Source: Azolla caroliniana (lineage: Eukaryota; Plantae; Polypodiophyta). Taken from it: a stretch of 9,053 nucleotides of DNA. The notes below the pieces were generated by a model that was given only the letters and a program-made list of their open reading frames with translations, was not told where the DNA came from and made no database searches. The number at the start of each line of letters is the position of its first letter. Within the stretch, counting starts at the first letter, position 1. This document shows, one piece after another, positions 6,324 through 9,053 of this stretch. The position numbers were made by a program, and so were the translations under genes. The stretch lies in NCBI GenBank assembly GCA_043228905.1, contig JBHGNT010001395.1, positions 1-9,053 on the forward strand. Reading direction: 5' to 3'.

Positions 6324-8659
6324 CTAATGAGTGCACACTCCCGAGTGCATTGTGGGAGGGGAGCTTCGGGTGTCGGGGGGTTCGTCGGGGGGCGGGTGGC
6401 AGCGGAGATGATGGCGAAGACGACGGATGTCCAGTGGTGGTAGCCAGATTTCCTGCAGTTGGTCGGTTGTTGTGAAGAAATCTTTCTTGGGGCCGATGAG
6501 CCAGGTGCAGGTGTTGTGGCCAGCGAAGGGAGAAGGGGGGTTTCGACTAAAGCTTATGTAAGCGGGGAAAAAACGCGTGCCGTTGGAAGGGGGGGGCTTC
6601 GTACGGGCCAAAGTCAAGGAGAATGAGTAGAAGTTGTAGAAAACGAAGGCTGGCTTGAATGTCGGGGTCCGGGATGTCGAGGTATGTACGTAGGAATCAT
6701 CGCATGACCCGGATCATGTCGGGTTCGGTCGGGGATGTGCGCGGGGGTCGGGGGAACAACGCCTAGTTGAATTGAAGGGTGGGTAGGCATGCATGGGCAA
6801 CGCAAAAATCGGGCTTGGAGGCGGGGAGGAGGGAGGGCGAGGGCGAGGCGGTGGCTGGGTGTTGGGTTCATCAGGTGAGTCGTGGTCCCCCTCCAGATCG
6901 ATCTCTGGGGGGGGAGAAGCGGGGTGCGGGGGTAGGAGGGCACGCGCACGAGCCTCATCGAACGTCATGAGTTGATACTCGCGGGAAATGTCGAGGTATA
7001 GGGCTAATTCCGGTATGTCGTCAGCCTCGAGGTCAGTGGGCCAGTTGAACGTGGCGTATTCGATGCTGAATATGTGAGTACGAACCCCGATGTCCCAAGC
7101 GGTTTGCTAAGCGCGTACTAGCCAGAGGAAACCGAAGGGGTGTACGGAGGTCGTTGTGTTTTCCAATAGGGTGCGGGTGAGGGTGTCGGCGATGTGGTGT
7201 AAGCGCACCAGTGTTGTGAAGAGGTGGGCCAACTGGTCTTCGGTGACTTGCATCGTGACATCAGAAGGGTAGGTAAAATAGATCAGGTCGGAGATGTCTA
7301 AGTCGGGGGTGAGGGCGGTGTGAAGGTAGGCTATACCTTCGAGGAACAAAATGGGGAGGTGTTGGGGGAAGAGGTCGCTGGTTGGGGGAGCAGGTTCTTC
7401 GGTGGCTTCCTTGTATAACATGAAGAGGGCGAGGGCGTGGTTGTCTTTAGGGAGTACTCGGATGAAGGTCTGTCGGTCTGGGGGTGTGGTTTCGTCAAAG
7501 AATACGCGACGCGTGGCGGCTAACGACCGAAGGACGCACGTTGCTTGGATGAGGAGGGTGCGTGGTGTGCGTGGTGCAGTGAAAAGTTCAAAAAGTAGGG
7601 AGGTTGAGGTCACGTACACCGAGAGTGCCTAGATCATATTCGGAGAGCCAGCTGGGGTAAGGAGAGGGGTCTGAACGGTGGAGGGGTCCGTCGCACCGGG
7701 GGTGAGGGCATGTTCAAGGGCGGCTTTGGACGTGCGGAGTTGAAGGATGTCCTTTTCGAGGTCGGCGCATTGGCGGCGGTGTTTGATGAGGAGACATCAA
7801 TTGTGTTCATTGTCAACTTGGACTTGGTGGATCATGGCGTCTCGTTCAGCCTTGAGGGTGGTGATCTCGCTCATGAGTTGGTGAGTGGTGGCCATGGCGG
7901 CGGCTAGGGCCTCGGACCGTTCGGAGAGATCAGCCGTCACTGCTGCGAGGCGGGTCTCAGACAGTTGGTGTTGGGTGGTGAGGCGGACGTACTTGGCCGA
8001 AAGTTCGGCATGTGTTTGCGCTACGCGTTCTTGGTCGTGGTGCCAGGTTGTTCGAGCTTTTTGGAATTCGTCAGCGAGTTGTTGGTGTCGAGTTTGCGTT
8101 GTCAGGAGTTCTTGCTTGAGGAGGTCGTGGGCGGCCGCTTGGCATACTTGGTATGGAGGGCGCTCCGTACCTCAACGACCAAGATCTCGTTCTGTGTAGT
8201 CGTCTCGTGTTGGTCGGTGGCGGTCTGTTGGGCCTGTGCCTGAACTTGAAGTAGGCGACGGTTCACGACGGCAATCATCTTTAGGAGGTCGGCCACCATG
8301 TCGGTCAAGGGTTTGGGGGGGATGGCGAGGGAGGGGGTAGGGTGGGTAGTAACTGCAGTGAGGGAGGTCGAGTAAGGCACGAAGGTCGGGAGGGGGGGTG
8401 GCGGAAGCGGGGTTGTCATTTGGGCGGGGGCGAGGGTGGGTTGGAGGGGAATTGCCGCGGTTGCGGTCGTGGGCCGGTCGGGGGTTTCGGTGTCAGGAGT
8501 GGCGTGGCGGGCGAGTTTATGGGGTCGGGGTTGCGGGGTGTCGTCGGTGGTGGTGGACGGGAAAGGTGGGGTAGTTGTGGCCGGAGCGGGGGGAGAGGAT
8601 TTGTGGGGTGCAGGGGTTGGTGAGTGATAGGGTGTATAAGATAATAGATAGTTATACAC
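6324..8659 (-). pseudogene. Decayed extra ORF of unknown function (roughly 700-780 codons) in the env-like position of D
   Basis: Track ORFs 7107-7619, 6714-6968 and 6324-6617, plus the unlisted stretch 7620-~8145, are all in one frame. That frame is broken only by single stops at 7797, 7629, 7107 and 6714. One frameshift (~8140-8200) joins it to ORF 8102-8659. The true frame below ~6850 is ambiguous. First in-frame ATG is at 8419. Confidence 0.7.
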
Positions 8660-8932
8660 TATATGAGGGCTTGACCAAACCGATTAGATGGAGTTGAAAA
8701 TCATAATATATTATATAGCTCTAGGTAATTATGATTAGAGAGTATAACTCAAGAAACTAAGAAAAAAGATAGAGAAAGCGAGCAAGAAATAAGAATGTTC
8801 TGATATTCCAACATCAAGAAAATACAAAGGAGACAAACTCCACATTGAACTAAAACCAAAGACCTTCCTCTTCTAAGACACTTCCTCTTCCACAAAGACA
8901 CTTCTTCCTAACACTCCTCATCCACTCTTTTG

Positions 8933-8986
8933 CCTTCACTCTTCGCCCTTCACTCTTCGCCCTTCACTCTTCGCCCTTCACTCTTC
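8933..8986. repeat. Tandem repeat of the 14-bp unit CCTTCACTCTTCGC, about 3.9 copies
   Basis: Copies start at 8933, 8947, 8961 and 8975 (last one partial). Looser CTTCCTCTTC-type motifs occur across 8861-8932. Confidence 0.95.
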
Positions 8987-9053
8987 TCTAATATCACTTC
9001 TTCTTTTATAACCTTCCTCTTCTTATCCACGTTCATGCTATTTTTAGAAGCTT

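Larger units (their letters stand above)
5746..9053 (-). mobile_element. LTR retroelement D, 3' part (LTR, PPT, extra ORF); superfamily cannot be determined in this window; nested in C's RT
   Basis: LTR with a perfect terminal repeat and a PPT. No gag/pol motifs seen in 6321-9053. Assigning 8660-9053 to D is an assumption. Confidence 0.7.

Noticed and set aside
6779-8627. Plus-strand Gly/Val/Arg-rich ORFs (6779-6975, 7351-7632, 7710-8243, 8342-8627)
   Set aside because: Short antisense shadows of the C-rich minus-strand ORF, with no coherent frame or motif.
8801-8813. TGTTGGAATATCA on the minus strand resembling another LTR start
   Set aside because: No adjacent PPT or PBS, and I found no matching terminus or TSD; unsupported.
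8933-8986. CRISPR-like array
   Set aside because: Units are 14 bp and head-to-tail with no spacers; no cas genes; eukaryotic TE context.
9048-9053. Window ends on a HindIII site (AAGCTT)
   Set aside because: Chance or a clone boundary; the same hexamer also occurs internally (e.g. 183-188, 2299-2304).
5746-9053. Calling D a Sirevirus with env
   Set aside because: The position and GGGGGAGA PPT are compatible, but no pol is visible, there is no multiple-PPT signature and no convincing TM helix; left unclassified.

Overview
Eukaryotic, plant-type retrotransposon DNA with no intact host gene; the host may be a fern or other large-genome land plant, but that is only inference. Every element lies on the minus strand, and the four LTR elements appear nested inside one another. 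(A) 1-342 is a Ty1/copia RNase H fragment. (B) 343-4134 is a Tnt1/Tork-like copia inserted into A, showing its 3' LTR, PPT and decayed integrase-end/RT/RNase H. B's LTR is itself split by a 5'-truncated RTE/RTEX-like LINE (453-1570) sitting in a (GA)n microsatellite. (C) 4135-5745 is a different, Ale-like copia inserted into B's integrase. (D) 5746 to possibly 9053 is a fourth LTR element inserted into C's RT. Where pol would normally end, D instead carries a decayed ~2.3 kb sense-strand ORF of unknown identity (Pro/Thr-rich, coiled coil, globular core, Pro-rich linker) that stops just before the PPT. The most interesting signals are D's extra ORF, the microsatellite-inserted LINE, dense palindrome arrays in the LTR U3 regions, and inverted repeats bracketing the PPT/LTR junction in two unrelated elements.
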